Shown here: positions 17,003-28,060 of the stretch, piece by piece
How the letters are laid out: every line of letters starts with the position of its first letter
Numbering within the stretch: position 1 is the first letter of the stretch
Assembly: GCA_051955255.1 (NCBI GenBank)
Contig: JBQCGX010000158.1
Coordinates: forward strand, 31,723 to 95,722
Direction of reading: 5' to 3'
DNA: 64,000 nt
Origin: Agriterribacter sp.
GTDB lineage: Bacteria; Bacteroidota; Bacteroidia; Chitinophagales; Chitinophagaceae
Notes under the pieces: generated by a model
Databases searched by the model: none
Told to the model about the DNA's origin: nothing
Seen by the model: the letters and a program-made list of their open reading frames with translations, nothing else
Translations under genes and position numbers: made by a program

Positions 17003-19333
17003 CTAGTCTTGCTCTACCGGAGTTTTCAGCATTTTTCTTGCCAGTTTAGCTGCCTGCACCATATTTATCATAGCAGCCTTTGTTTCCTCCCATTTCCGGG
17101 TCTTCAAACCACAATCGGGATTTACCCATAAATTTTTAACCGGAATATGAACCGCTGCTTTTTCCAGCAAAGCATACATTTCTTCAACTGAAGGTATCCG
17201 GGGCGAATGTATATCGTATACTCCCGGTCCTATTTCATTAGGGTACCTGAAATCAACAAAGGCGTTCAGCAACTCCATTTGAGACCTGCTGGTCTCGATG
17301 GTAATTACATCTGCATCCATTGCTGCAATGTGCGCCATAATATCATTGAACTCACTATAGCACATGTGCGTATGTATTTGCGTTTCATCTTTTACGCCAC
17401 TAGCCGAAATGCGAAATGCTTTCACTGCCCAGTCAAGATAATTTTCGCGGTCTGCCTTCCGAAGCGGCAATCCTTCGCGAATAGCCGGCTCATCAATCTG
17501 TATCATTTGTATACCGGCCTGTTCAAGCGCCACTACCTCATCACGTATGGCCAAGGCTATCTGGTTAGCAGTTTCAGAACGTGGCTGATCATCGCGCACA
17601 AACGACCACTGTAAAATAGTAACGGGGCCAGTGAGCATGCCTTTCATTATTTTTTTGGTGTTGGCTTGAGCAAAGGCACTCCACTGTACTGTCATATCCG
17701 CCGGGCGATATACATCTCCATAGATCACCGGCGGCTTCACACATCGGCTTCCATAACTCTGCACCCAGCCATTTTGAGTAAACAAAAATCCACTGAGTTG
17801 TTCCCCAAAGTATTCTACCATATCATTTCGTTCAAATTCGCCATGCACCAGCACATCCAGTCCTATTTCCTCCTGCCACCGTATCGCTTCCAGGGTAGCC
17901 TTTTCAATCGCTTTGTCATACTGCTGCGGGGTTAGCTCACCTTTTTTTAGCTTCGTTCTCAAACGCCTGATGTCGTCTGTTTGAGGAAAAGATCCGATGG
18001 AAGTGGTTGGAAAAACAGGAAGCTTAAATTTCAACCGCTGTATTTGCTGCCGTGTGCTAAATATGGATTGCCTGCGATCATCCTTTTCCGTTAGCGACTC
18101 TACTCGCTGTTTTACAGCGGAATGGTGAATGCGGGTTGACCGCTGCCTGCTTTCAATTGCCAGTTTATTGTTTTCCAGCAGCGATGTATCGCCGTCTGCA
18201 ATTTTATAGAGCTCTTCTACCTCATCCAATTTTTGTTTGGCAAAAGCCATCCAGTTTTTTATTTCAGCATCTATTCCTGTTTCAAACTCAAGGTCGAAAG
18301 GAGTATGTAACAAAGAACAGGAGGGCGCAATCATTACGCGATTGCTGCCGATGTGCGTAAGGGCTTTCTGTATATGTTGTAACGATTTTTGATAATCGTT
18401 CTTCCAGATGTTTCTACCGTCTATAACGCCCAACGACAGGCTCATTTTGGCAGAAAGCTTAGGTAATATTTCTTCCAATTGTTGTGGCGACCTTACAAGA
18501 TCTATATGCAGTGCGCATACAGGTAAACTGGTTGCTAGCGTTGCATTATCACGCAGCCCATCAAAGTAGGTAGCCAGCATAAGCTTTAACGTTGGGCATT
18601 TATCGCGAATAGTATTATAAGCGTATTCAAACGCCTTCTTTTCTTTTTCTGAAAGATCCATTGCTAAAAAAGGTTCATCCAGTTGCACCCATGCTGCCCC
18701 TTGTTCTTCCAGTTTTTTAAGTATTTGAACATATACGGGAACAAGCTTTTTAATGAGATCAATCCTGTGGAAATTACCTGCACTTGCCTCTTTCAGTTTT
18801 TCTTTGCCTAACAACAAGTAAGTAACCGGGCCAATCAATACCACTTTTGGCGGCTTGCTCAACACATGTTTTCCTGCACCAAATTCTTTAAAAACTTTAT
18901 CAGAAAAAATTTTGAACTCCTGGTCTTCTAAAAATTCGGGTACGATATAATGATAGTTTGTATCAAACCATTTGGTCATCTCCATAGCAGGAATATCCAA
19001 TCCGTTTTTTTGGTAACCCCTTGCCATAGCAAAATACAGATCAATTTCACTGTTATCTTTCACATCGGTTACTACCGGTGCATAGCGTTGGGGAATGGCG
19101 CCTAATAAAAGCGACATATCCAGCACCTGGTCGTACAGGCTGAAATCGTTACAGGGAATAAGATCTATTCCGGCATGAGCTTGTAACAGCCAGTTTTGTT
19201 CCTGAATTTTTTTGGCAGCCAGCCAAAGTTCCTGTTTTGAAATGTTGCCTGTCCAATATTGTTCGCAGGCTTTTTTAAGTTCACGTTTGGCACCCATTCG
19301 CGGGTAGCCGAGATTGTTTTTGAGCATACGCAT
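17003..19333 (-). CDS. metE: Cobalamin-independent methionine synthase (5-methyltetrahydropteroyltriglutamate-homocysteine methyltransferase)
   Basis: 776 aa with the two-domain MetE architecture. The N-terminus is LGYPRMGAKRELKKA, and the C-terminal zinc site region is HTHMCYSEFNDI...VNPDCGLKTR. Confidence 0.95.
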   Translation of the reverse strand: MRMLKNNLGYPRMGAKRELKKACEQYWTGNISKQELWLAAKKIQEQNWLLQAHAGIDLIPCNDFSLYDQVLDMSLLLGAIPQRYAPVVTDVKDNSEIDLYFAMARGYQKNGLDIPAMEMTKWFDTNYHYIVPEFLEDQEFKIFSDKVFKEFGAGKHVLSKPPKVVLIGPVTYLLLGKEKLKEASAGNFHRIDLIKKLVPVYVQILKKLEEQGAAWVQLDEPFLAMDLSEKEKKAFEYAYNTIRDKCPTLKLMLATYFDGLRDNATLATSLPVCALHIDLVRSPQQLEEILPKLSAKMSLSLGVIDGRNIWKNDYQKSLQHIQKALTHIGSNRVMIAPSCSLLHTPFDLEFETGIDAEIKNWMAFAKQKLDEVEELYKIADGDTSLLENNKLAIESRQRSTRIHHSAVKQRVESLTEKDDRRQSIFSTRQQIQRLKFKLPVFPTTSIGSFPQTDDIRRLRTKLKKGELTPQQYDKAIEKATLEAIRWQEEIGLDVLVHGEFERNDMVEYFGEQLSGFLFTQNGWVQSYGSRCVKPPVIYGDVYRPADMTVQWSAFAQANTKKIMKGMLTGPVTILQWSFVRDDQPRSETANQIALAIRDEVVALEQAGIQMIQIDEPAIREGLPLRKADRENYLDWAVKAFRISASGVKDETQIHTHMCYSEFNDIMAHIAAMDADVITIETSRSQMELLNAFVDFRYPNEIGPGVYDIHSPRIPSVEEMYALLEKAAVHIPVKNLWVNPDCGLKTRKWEETKAAMINMVQAAKLARKMLKTPVEQD

Positions 19334-19494
19334 AAACTTTTTGATGAAACAATAAATAATTATTGCCCTTTACATGTTTAATGAGTATGCTTTCGGAAAG
19401 GAGGAGTGTAAGATAGCAGGCACAATACCTTCGATAGCAAATGAAAAATTTGCTTTTTGCATATCAATGCCCATACCAGACTACTGCTTCAGTT

Positions 19495-19650
19495 TGCGAA
19501 AGCATTTGCCTTCATTTCCGGGTAAGTATCTGGCTCTCCTGCCGAAGCAGGATTACAGTTGCGCAACAGCTCATGATTTACACATGATTCCTTTTTACTA
19601 TCAGGTATTACCCTGCCAACCAGGAAACGATATAAGTAAAGAACGAAACG
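19495..19650 (-). promoter_or_regulatory. Cobalamin riboswitch in the metE leader
   Basis: Minus-strand reading is GGTTGGCAGGGTAATACCTGATAGTAAAAAGGAATCATGTGTAAATCATGAGCTGTTGCGCAACTGTAATCCTGCTTCGGCAGGAGAGCCAGATACTTACCCGG. It contains the GTGTAAATC hairpin, GCAACTGTAA, and a B12-box-like GAGCCAGATACTTACC. It is more divergent than the other two copies. Confidence 0.7.
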
Positions 19651-19747
19651 CAAATATACACGAAATACATATTACTGATTTGCCCTTACTCACGGTGTTG
19701 GCACGATGTTTTTAATACATACTTCTTTATTCATTAAACGAAATGTT

Positions 19748-19942
19748 ATGAAAAATACAGTGAATACCAGGGTTGATGCCAAAAAGGGATTTACCAATTC
19801 GAAGCCGCCGGCAAGAGATAAGCTGGACGACAGGGGCGATCTTGAGATCAACGAACAACCGAGCGGCAATAATAAAAAGCCATTGAAGATAGGCGAAAAG
19901 AACGAACACAATGATCCGCAGGGTACCCGAAGAAACAAGTAG
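19748..19942 (+). CDS. Small hydrophilic hypothetical protein
   Basis: ORF 19706-19942, probable start MKNTVNTRVD. It is lysine/asparagine-rich with no recognisable domain, and it is followed by a strong terminator. Confidence 0.35.
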   Translation: MKNTVNTRVDAKKGFTNSKPPARDKLDDRGDLEINEQPSGNNKKPLKIGEKNEHNDPQGTRRNK

Positions 19943-19964
19943 AAAAATGTTTCATCATCTTTAC

Positions 19965-20000
19965 AAAAAAGCCGGACCAATATGTGTGGTCCGGCTTTTT
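19965..20000. terminator. Bidirectional intrinsic terminator (small ORF / nrdA)
   Basis: AAAAAAGCCGGACCAATATGTGTGGTCCGGCTTTTT: a 9-bp GC-rich stem flanked by an A-run and a T-run, between convergent genes. Confidence 0.7.
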
Positions 20001-20019
20001 AACTTAATAATGTTCATAA

Positions 20020-22398
20020 CTACGCGCTACAGGTAACGCAACCATCCTGCATACTGCAACTTGGGCCAGATATTTCATCTTCGTTTACAGCAACAGTGCT
20101 GTCCTTGCTCACCAGCGGCTCTACCATTTTACCGCCTTGTTTTTCAACGGTAAATTGCACAGCCTGCGTGGCAGCTTTGGTGCGCAGGTAATACATGCCT
20201 GTTTTCAACCCTTTTTTCCACGCATAAAAATGCATAGATGTCAACTTGCCGCTATTAGGACTGTCTACAAATAAATTGAGCGATTGAGACTGGCAAATAA
20301 ATGCACCGCGATCAGCCGCCATATCGATGATGGTTCTTTGTTTGATCTCCCAAACGGTTTTGTATATCTCTTTGATCTTGTCGGGTATGGCATCAATTTT
20401 CTGGATAGAACCATTTTGTGCAATTATTTTATTCTTCATGTCATCGCTCCACAGGTTCAGTTCAACCAGGTCTTTTAAAAGATGTTTGTTTACTACTACA
20501 AACTCTCCGCTTAATACCCGGCGTACATATATGTTAGATGTATACGGCTCAAAGCATTCGTTGTTGCCTAATATCTGCGAAGTAGAGGCAGTGGGCATAG
20601 GCGCCAGCAACAAAGAATTGCGCACACCGTGTTTTATCACTTCATCTTTTAAACGATACCAGTCCCAACGCAAAGAAGGTTCCACGCCCCACATATCAAA
20701 CTGGAAAATGCCTTTCGATACGGGAGAATCTTTAAACGTTTCGTAAGCACCATGCTGTTTAGCCAGGTCTTTGCTCGCCGTCATTGCAGCAAAGTAGATG
20801 GTTTCGAATATTTCGCTGTTCAGCTTTTTAGCCTCGTCACTTTCAAAAGGCAATCTCAACAAAATGAATACGTCTGCCAAACCTTGTACACCCAAACCAA
20901 TGGGGCGGTGGCGCAGGTTTGAATTTTTCGCTTCTTCTACCGGGTAATAATTGTAGTCGATGATCTTGTTAAGATTCTTTGTTACCTCGTAGGTAATTTC
21001 ATACAACTTTTCGTGATCGAATTGCCCGTTTGTTACAAAACGGGGCAACGCTAATGAAGCAAGATTACAAACTGCCACTTCATCGGGCGAAGTGTATTCC
21101 AGTATTTCGGTACAGAGATTCGAACTCTTGATGGTGCCCAGGTTTTGCTGGTTAGATTTGCGGTTGGCCGAATCCTTGTACAATAAGTAAGGCGTTCCTG
21201 TTTCAATCTGTGCATCCAGAATGGCAAACCAAAGATCCTGTGCTTTCACTGTTTTCCTTGCGCGGCCTTCCGCTTCGTATTGCGCATACAGTTTTTCAAA
21301 CTCTTCTCCCCAGCATTCGTGCAGGCCTGGTGCTTCGTGTGGACAAAACAAACTCCACTCTCCGTTGGCTTCCACGCGTTTCATGAACAGGTCGGGCACC
21401 CATAATGCATAAAACAAATCCCTGGCTCTCATTTCTTCCTTACCATGATTTTTACGCAGGTCTAAAAACTCAAACACATCGGCGTGCCAGGGTTCCAGGT
21501 AAATGGCAAAAGCTCCTTTTCGCTTACCCCCGCCCTGGTCTACATACCGGGCAGTATCGTTAAACACGCGCAACATAGGTATAATACCATTGCTTGTTCC
21601 GTTGGTACCGCCTATATAACTACCGGTAGCGCGTATACCATGAATAGAAAGCCCTATTCCGCCGGCGCTCTGCGAAATTTTTGCTGTTTGTTTTAATGTA
21701 TCGTAAATACCATCAATGCTGTCTTCTTTCATTGTCAGCAAAAAGCAGGAAGACATTTGTGGCTTAGGCGTGCCTGCATTAAACAACGTTGGCGTAGCAT
21801 GCGTAAACCAACGCTCACTCATCATATGATATGTTTTGATGGCGCTGTCGATATCATCTTTATGAATACCGATGGCAACGCGCATGTACATGTGCTGCGG
21901 GCGTTCTGCTATTTTGCCGTCTATTTTCAGCAGGTAAGATTTTTCCAGTGTTTTGAATCCGAAATAATCGAAGCTGTAATCGCGGTCGTAAATAATGGTT
22001 GAATCCAGCAGTTCTGCATTGTCGTGTATTACACGCCATACATCGTCTGCCAGCAACGGGGCGGACTTTCCTGTTTTGGAATCTTTGCATTTATGCAACA
22101 GTTGCATAGTGTGCGAAAAACTCTTGGTAGTATTTTTATGCAAATTGCTCACCGCAATACGGCTTGCCAGCAATGCATAATCCGGATGTTTTACAGTAAG
22201 AGAAGCAGCCGTTTCTGCTGCAAGATTGTCCAATTCTGTTGTAGTAACGCCATCATACAATCCTTCAATTACTTTTTTAGCTACGTCGATGGAATTTACA
22301 AACCGCCTGTCTAACCCGTAACTCAGTTTTTCAATACGGGCAGTTATCTTATCAAATTTTACGGATTCCTTTTTTCCGTTTCGTTTAATTACCTGCAT
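20020..22398 (-). CDS. nrdA: Ribonucleoside-diphosphate reductase, alpha subunit (class Ia)
   Basis: 792 aa with an ATP-cone N-terminus ([16 protein letters not shown]), the catalytic region SNLCTEI, and a C-terminal CxxC tail (GCVTCSA). Confidence 0.95.
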   Translation of the reverse strand: MQVIKRNGKKESVKFDKITARIEKLSYGLDRRFVNSIDVAKKVIEGLYDGVTTTELDNLAAETAASLTVKHPDYALLASRIAVSNLHKNTTKSFSHTMQLLHKCKDSKTGKSAPLLADDVWRVIHDNAELLDSTIIYDRDYSFDYFGFKTLEKSYLLKIDGKIAERPQHMYMRVAIGIHKDDIDSAIKTYHMMSERWFTHATPTLFNAGTPKPQMSSCFLLTMKEDSIDGIYDTLKQTAKISQSAGGIGLSIHGIRATGSYIGGTNGTSNGIIPMLRVFNDTARYVDQGGGKRKGAFAIYLEPWHADVFEFLDLRKNHGKEEMRARDLFYALWVPDLFMKRVEANGEWSLFCPHEAPGLHECWGEEFEKLYAQYEAEGRARKTVKAQDLWFAILDAQIETGTPYLLYKDSANRKSNQQNLGTIKSSNLCTEILEYTSPDEVAVCNLASLALPRFVTNGQFDHEKLYEITYEVTKNLNKIIDYNYYPVEEAKNSNLRHRPIGLGVQGLADVFILLRLPFESDEAKKLNSEIFETIYFAAMTASKDLAKQHGAYETFKDSPVSKGIFQFDMWGVEPSLRWDWYRLKDEVIKHGVRNSLLLAPMPTASTSQILGNNECFEPYTSNIYVRRVLSGEFVVVNKHLLKDLVELNLWSDDMKNKIIAQNGSIQKIDAIPDKIKEIYKTVWEIKQRTIIDMAADRGAFICQSQSLNLFVDSPNSGKLTSMHFYAWKKGLKTGMYYLRTKAATQAVQFTVEKQGGKMVEPLVSKDSTVAVNEDEISGPSCSMQDGCVTCSA

Positions 22399-22411
22399 GA
22401 TGTGATGTTTT

Positions 22412-22439
22412 GTGAAAGGTGAAAAGTGAAAGATGAAGG
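22412..22439. repeat. Left arm of the inverted repeat flanking four-helix-bundle ORF 2
   Basis: GTGAAAGGTGAAAAGTGAAAGATGAAGG. Its reverse complement CCTTCATCTTTCACTTTTCACCTTTCAC matches 22860-22890. Confidence 0.7.
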
Positions 22440-22453
22440 CGGTAACCGTTCAC

Positions 22454-22810
22454 TTACTTGGCACCAGTCATTTTAGTTAATAATGCAAAGGCTGAGTTGA
22501 TTAGAGTTCCCATCTCTGCTAATTCTGATTCGTTTAAATATTTCAAGTCAACAATTGTTTCTGCTGCAGCATCTAATTCTATAACAGAGCCTCGGCTAAT
22601 CTCCCAAAAACGCTTTCTCTCTATTTCAGACTTCCGGGAAGAGCCTTCAGCTATGTTCAGTTTGACCGATAGTGCAGCTCTGCGAATCTGTTGAACAAGA
22701 TTGAATTTTTCATCAGGCGGCAGCTTTAGTGTAACCAGGTGACAAACTTTTGTTAACTGTCTCGCCACTTCGTACACCTGCAACTTTTTATGATTCAGGT
22801 TCAAAAACAT
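22454..22810 (-). CDS. Four-helix-bundle protein (23S rRNA intervening-sequence protein family)
   Basis: 118 aa with QIRRAALSVKLNIAEGSSRKS, ERKRFWEISRGSVIELD. It lies in the nrdB-nrdA spacer. Confidence 0.85.
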   Translation of the reverse strand: MFLNLNHKKLQVYEVARQLTKVCHLVTLKLPPDEKFNLVQQIRRAALSVKLNIAEGSSRKSEIERKRFWEISRGSVIELDAAAETIVDLKYLNESELAEMGTLINSAFALLTKMTGAK

Positions 22811-22859
22811 AGGTTAATAGGTTAGTATTTTAAATATTATAGATAGAACTGTAGTTGAA

Positions 22860-22890
22860 CATCTTTCACCTCTCACCTTTTCCCTTTCAC
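22860..22890. repeat. Right arm of the inverted repeat flanking four-helix-bundle ORF 2
   Basis: CATCTTTCACCTCTCACCTTTTCCCTTTCAC, ending 2 nt before the nrdB stop codon. Confidence 0.7.
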
Positions 22891-22892
22891 CG

Positions 22893-23861
22893 TTAGAAGT
22901 CTTCTTCCAAACTAAACGCCTGTGCTTCTTTGTTACCAGAAATCACGCCCGACTTCTGATAGTCGCCCACACGCTTTTCAAAAAAGTTGGTTTTGCCTTC
23001 GAGTGAGATCATTTCCATAAAATCAAATGGATTGGTGGCATTGAACATTTTAGGATACCCTAGTTCACTCAACCACCTGTCTGCTACAAACTCAATATAC
23101 TGCTGCATGAGTTTGGCATTCATACCAATAAGAGCAACAGGTAATGCTTCGGTAATGAATTCTTTTTCGATCTCTACTGCATTGCCAATAATGCTATACA
23201 CCTGCTCTTGCGATAGTTTATTGCTCAACATGCTGTATAACAGGCATGCAAACTCGCAATGCAACCCTTCATCGCGACTGATCAGTTCGTTGCTGAAGGT
23301 AAGCCCCGGCATCAAGCCACGTTTCTTCAGCCAGAAGATGGAACAAAAACTTCCGCTGAAGAAAATTCCTTCTACGGCTGCGAAGGCTACCAGGCGTTCT
23401 GCAAAATTTCCGTTCTCTATCCAACGCAATGCCCATTCCGCTTTTCGCTTTACAGCGGGTACTGTTTCTATTGCATGAAACAATCTATCTTTCTCTACAG
23501 GATCTTTGATGTAGGTATCTATGAGCAGCGCGTATGTTTCTGAGTGAATGTTTTCCATCATAATCTGGAAACCATAAAAGCATCTTGCTTCGGGCAATTG
23601 CACCTCGCTCATGAAGTTCACTGCCAGGTTCTCATTTACAATTCCATCGCTGGCTGCAAAAAATGCCAATACATGCGAAATGAAATGGCGTTCACCGTCG
23701 TTCATATTTGCCCAATGCTGCAAATCGCCGCTAAGGTCAATTTCTTCTGCCGTCCAGAAACTGGCTTCATGTTTTTTATACATTTCCCACACTTTGGGAT
23801 AATTGATGGGCAGAATAACAAACCGGTCTTTGTTTTCTTTTAACAATACTTCTGTTTCCAT
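22893..23861 (-). CDS. nrdB: Ribonucleoside-diphosphate reductase, beta subunit (class Ia)
   Basis: The track ORF starts at TTG (23915), so the ATG at 23861 ([12 protein letters not shown]) is preferred. The di-iron/tyrosyl motifs are [19 protein letters not shown] and EGIFFSGSF, with a C-terminal acidic tail EEDF. Confidence 0.95.
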   Translation of the reverse strand: METEVLLKENKDRFVILPINYPKVWEMYKKHEASFWTAEEIDLSGDLQHWANMNDGERHFISHVLAFFAASDGIVNENLAVNFMSEVQLPEARCFYGFQIMMENIHSETYALLIDTYIKDPVEKDRLFHAIETVPAVKRKAEWALRWIENGNFAERLVAFAAVEGIFFSGSFCSIFWLKKRGLMPGLTFSNELISRDEGLHCEFACLLYSMLSNKLSQEQVYSIIGNAVEIEKEFITEALPVALIGMNAKLMQQYIEFVADRWLSELGYPKMFNATNPFDFMEMISLEGKTNFFEKRVGDYQKSGVISGNKEAQAFSLEEDF

Positions 23862-23994
23862 GTACAAATGCTTTTTAGATGAACAAAAAAAATAAAACAT
23901 GGCTAACGAAGACAAGGCGAGACGACACGTTTACATATAGAGATAACAATGCCTGACCCACCTTTGCTTTTCCTCCGAAAGCAAATAGTGATCA

Positions 23995-24185
23995 ATCCAC
24001 ACTGGCAGGTCTTCTGGCTTAATTTTTACTGAATACCTTCCCGCCCCTTCTCAATTACACATCCGGGACAGTGGTAGAAGATCCAGCAAGCGGGCGACGG
24101 GGTTTAACACCAGTCACTCACAAGTTTCTTACAGCTACGGGGATAGCACCGGATTTACACCGGTTTCCCTTTTAATCCCTACAAA
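23995..24185 (-). promoter_or_regulatory. Cobalamin riboswitch in the nrdB-nrdA leader
   Basis: Minus-strand reading is ATTAAAAGGGAAACCGGTGTAAATCCGGTGCTATCCCCGTAGCTGTAAG ... GGGAAGGTATTCAGT ... TAAGCCAGAAGACCTGCCAGTG, ending in the B12 box. Confidence 0.85.
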
Positions 24186-24263
24186 TATTTTTGTAATAGA
24201 ACCAGAGTGGACATCAAATATAGAAATCATCTCCGCCGCAAAAAGAAAGACTTATCAACAGGT

Positions 24264-24312
24264 GTGCAAAAACAAAGTGGCTACAAGCCAAACGCGCTGC
24301 TGTAGCCACTTT
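24264..24312 (-). terminator. Intrinsic terminator downstream of the ABC-F gene
   Basis: Minus-strand reading is AAGTGGCTACAGCAGCGCGTTTGGCTTGTAGCCACTTTGTTTTTG: an 11-bp stem followed by a U-rich tract. Confidence 0.5.
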
Positions 24313-24368
24313 TCAAAGTTTTGTATTAATATTTTATGTCAAAACAACAAACCTTCAAACAACAAACC

Positions 24369-26192
<1,824 letters not shown>

Positions 26193-26407
26193 TTAATTCA
26201 TTCGTGTATTTTATTGTTCAACAGAGGTGAACGTTTTTATTGTCTAATAGAACTCCGCATATTCATTTTCAACAGGAAAGAATTATGGTGCTCCGTTTCA
26301 TTGTTCTTCTACCACACAAAAGAACAACGGGTGCATTACCTGAATGTTAAGGGGATGTGATGAAAATATGATGTTGACAATTTATTAGGCAGGCAATTGC
26401 AAACCAA

Positions 26408-27169
26408 ATGTTTACATTTATAGCTATGATGAAAAGCTTATTTCGCTTTGCAATCCTTGTATGTTTCGCACTGTTGGGGGCCTGCGGTAATAACCAGGCT
26501 CAAAAAAATGCAAAAAAAGCGCAGGAAAGCGTGTACGAATACAAAACCGGTAGCCGCGACGGAATAGGGAAATTTTATCATGGAAGGGAGATTGCGCACA
26601 TGATGGGAGCTGCGGGCATTGACTGGCTGAACCGACCGGAAAGAAATAAAGAAGAGAATACCGAACTGGCTATACAAAAGATAGAGATTGCCCCAAACGG
26701 GATGATAGCCGATATTGGTGCGGGCAGCGGGTATTACAGCTTCAGGCTGGCTAAGAAAGTTCCTAACGGAAAGGTATATGCGGTGGAAGTGCAGGATGAA
26801 ATGATTGCGGCGCTCATCAACGAAAAAGAAGCACAGAACGATTCGGTAGTAAAAGTGGTAAAGGGAACGGCAACATCGCCCAATCTGCCCGCAGGAGCTA
26901 TTGATCTTGCTATCATGGTGGATGTGTACCACGAACTGGAATACCCGCGGGAAATGATACAGGCTATAAAAAAAGCTTTAAAACCCGGCGGTAAAATACT
27001 GTTTATCGAATACCGGGGCGAAGACCTTTCCATTCCTATAAAGGCGCTACATAAAATGACTGTTGCGCAACTGAACAAGGAAATGGAAGCGAACGGTTTC
27101 AGGTTATTTTATAAAGGCGACTTTTTACCGATACAGCATTTTTTGTTGTATGAAAAAAGTGAAAAATGA
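26408..27169 (+). CDS. Class I SAM-dependent methyltransferase with lipoprotein signal peptide
   Basis: 253 aa. It has an N-terminal lipobox (FALLGAC), SAM motif I DIGAGSGYYS, and motif post-I VYAVEV. Confidence 0.8.
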   Translation: MFTFIAMMKSLFRFAILVCFALLGACGNNQAQKNAKKAQESVYEYKTGSRDGIGKFYHGREIAHMMGAAGIDWLNRPERNKEENTELAIQKIEIAPNGMIADIGAGSGYYSFRLAKKVPNGKVYAVEVQDEMIAALINEKEAQNDSVVKVVKGTATSPNLPAGAIDLAIMVDVYHELEYPREMIQAIKKALKPGGKILFIEYRGEDLSIPIKALHKMTVAQLNKEMEANGFRLFYKGDFLPIQHFLLYEKSEK

Positions 27170-27219
27170 AAAGCCCGCTCGGCCTGACGCCAGTCGGATA
27201 GGTGAAAGAAGAAGAGCTG

Positions 27220-27942
27220 TTAAGGCAGCTTTGCTACCAATTTTTCCGGGAGTAAACGAAGTATGTGGTAGATGAGCTTCCATTTAAAACCGGGCACAAT
27301 TACAAACCCGCTGCCCGCATTCACCACCGCCCTGGCAATAAACGAAGGCTCAAGCATCAACGATTCTGTAAGGTTTAATCCAGCCGTCATTTTACTCCTG
27401 ATATAGCCAGCTACAATAACGTTTACGCGTATGTTCCTGGTAAAAAGATATTGCCTCAACCCTGCCAGGTACTGGGTAAAGGCCGCTTTGGTACTGCCAT
27501 AAATAAAATTACTCTTTCTGCCACGCACACCCGAAAGCGACGACAAGCCAATGATCTGTCGGAGGTGAGGATTGTCATCATCCATTGCAATGATATTAAG
27601 TATAGAAACCGCCCCGCAGTAGTGCACTTTCATCATCTGGAAACTACCAGTCCAATCTCTAAGTGCTTCCTCATTGTTTTTTAGAAAGCCGGCTGCGTAA
27701 ACAACGATGGCAGGTTTACGCGAAAGATTGTTATAAAAATCTGCATGGGTTTCAAATGCAGTGGCATCAAAATGCAGAATTTCCAGCGAAGTGGATGCAA
27801 TTCCATGCTGTGCTGCAAAAGCTGTTAGCGCTCCAATGTTTCTTGAGGCTGCAATAACGTAACAGCCTTTTTGGACATATAGCGGAATGGCGGCCTTCGC
27901 AACGTCTGAATTAGCGCCGAGTATTAAAACTGTTGAAGACAT
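27220..27942 (-). CDS. SDR family oxidoreductase
   Basis: 240 aa with the ILGANSDVAKA glycine-rich N-terminus and YGSTKAA (YxxxK). Confidence 0.8.
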   Translation of the reverse strand: MSSTVLILGANSDVAKAAIPLYVQKGCYVIAASRNIGALTAFAAQHGIASTSLEILHFDATAFETHADFYNNLSRKPAIVVYAAGFLKNNEEALRDWTGSFQMMKVHYCGAVSILNIIAMDDDNPHLRQIIGLSSLSGVRGRKSNFIYGSTKAAFTQYLAGLRQYLFTRNIRVNVIVAGYIRSKMTAGLNLTESLMLEPSFIARAVVNAGSGFVIVPGFKWKLIYHILRLLPEKLVAKLP

Positions 27943-28060
27943 AGTAGCGATAATATTCTAAAAAGGATTTAAACCGGCTAGTTTTGGACAAATATAAAAA
28001 CCTATATTTAGCCAAAAGTATTATCTGCCCAATAGAAAACTTGTTTTAAAAGAGAGCTGT

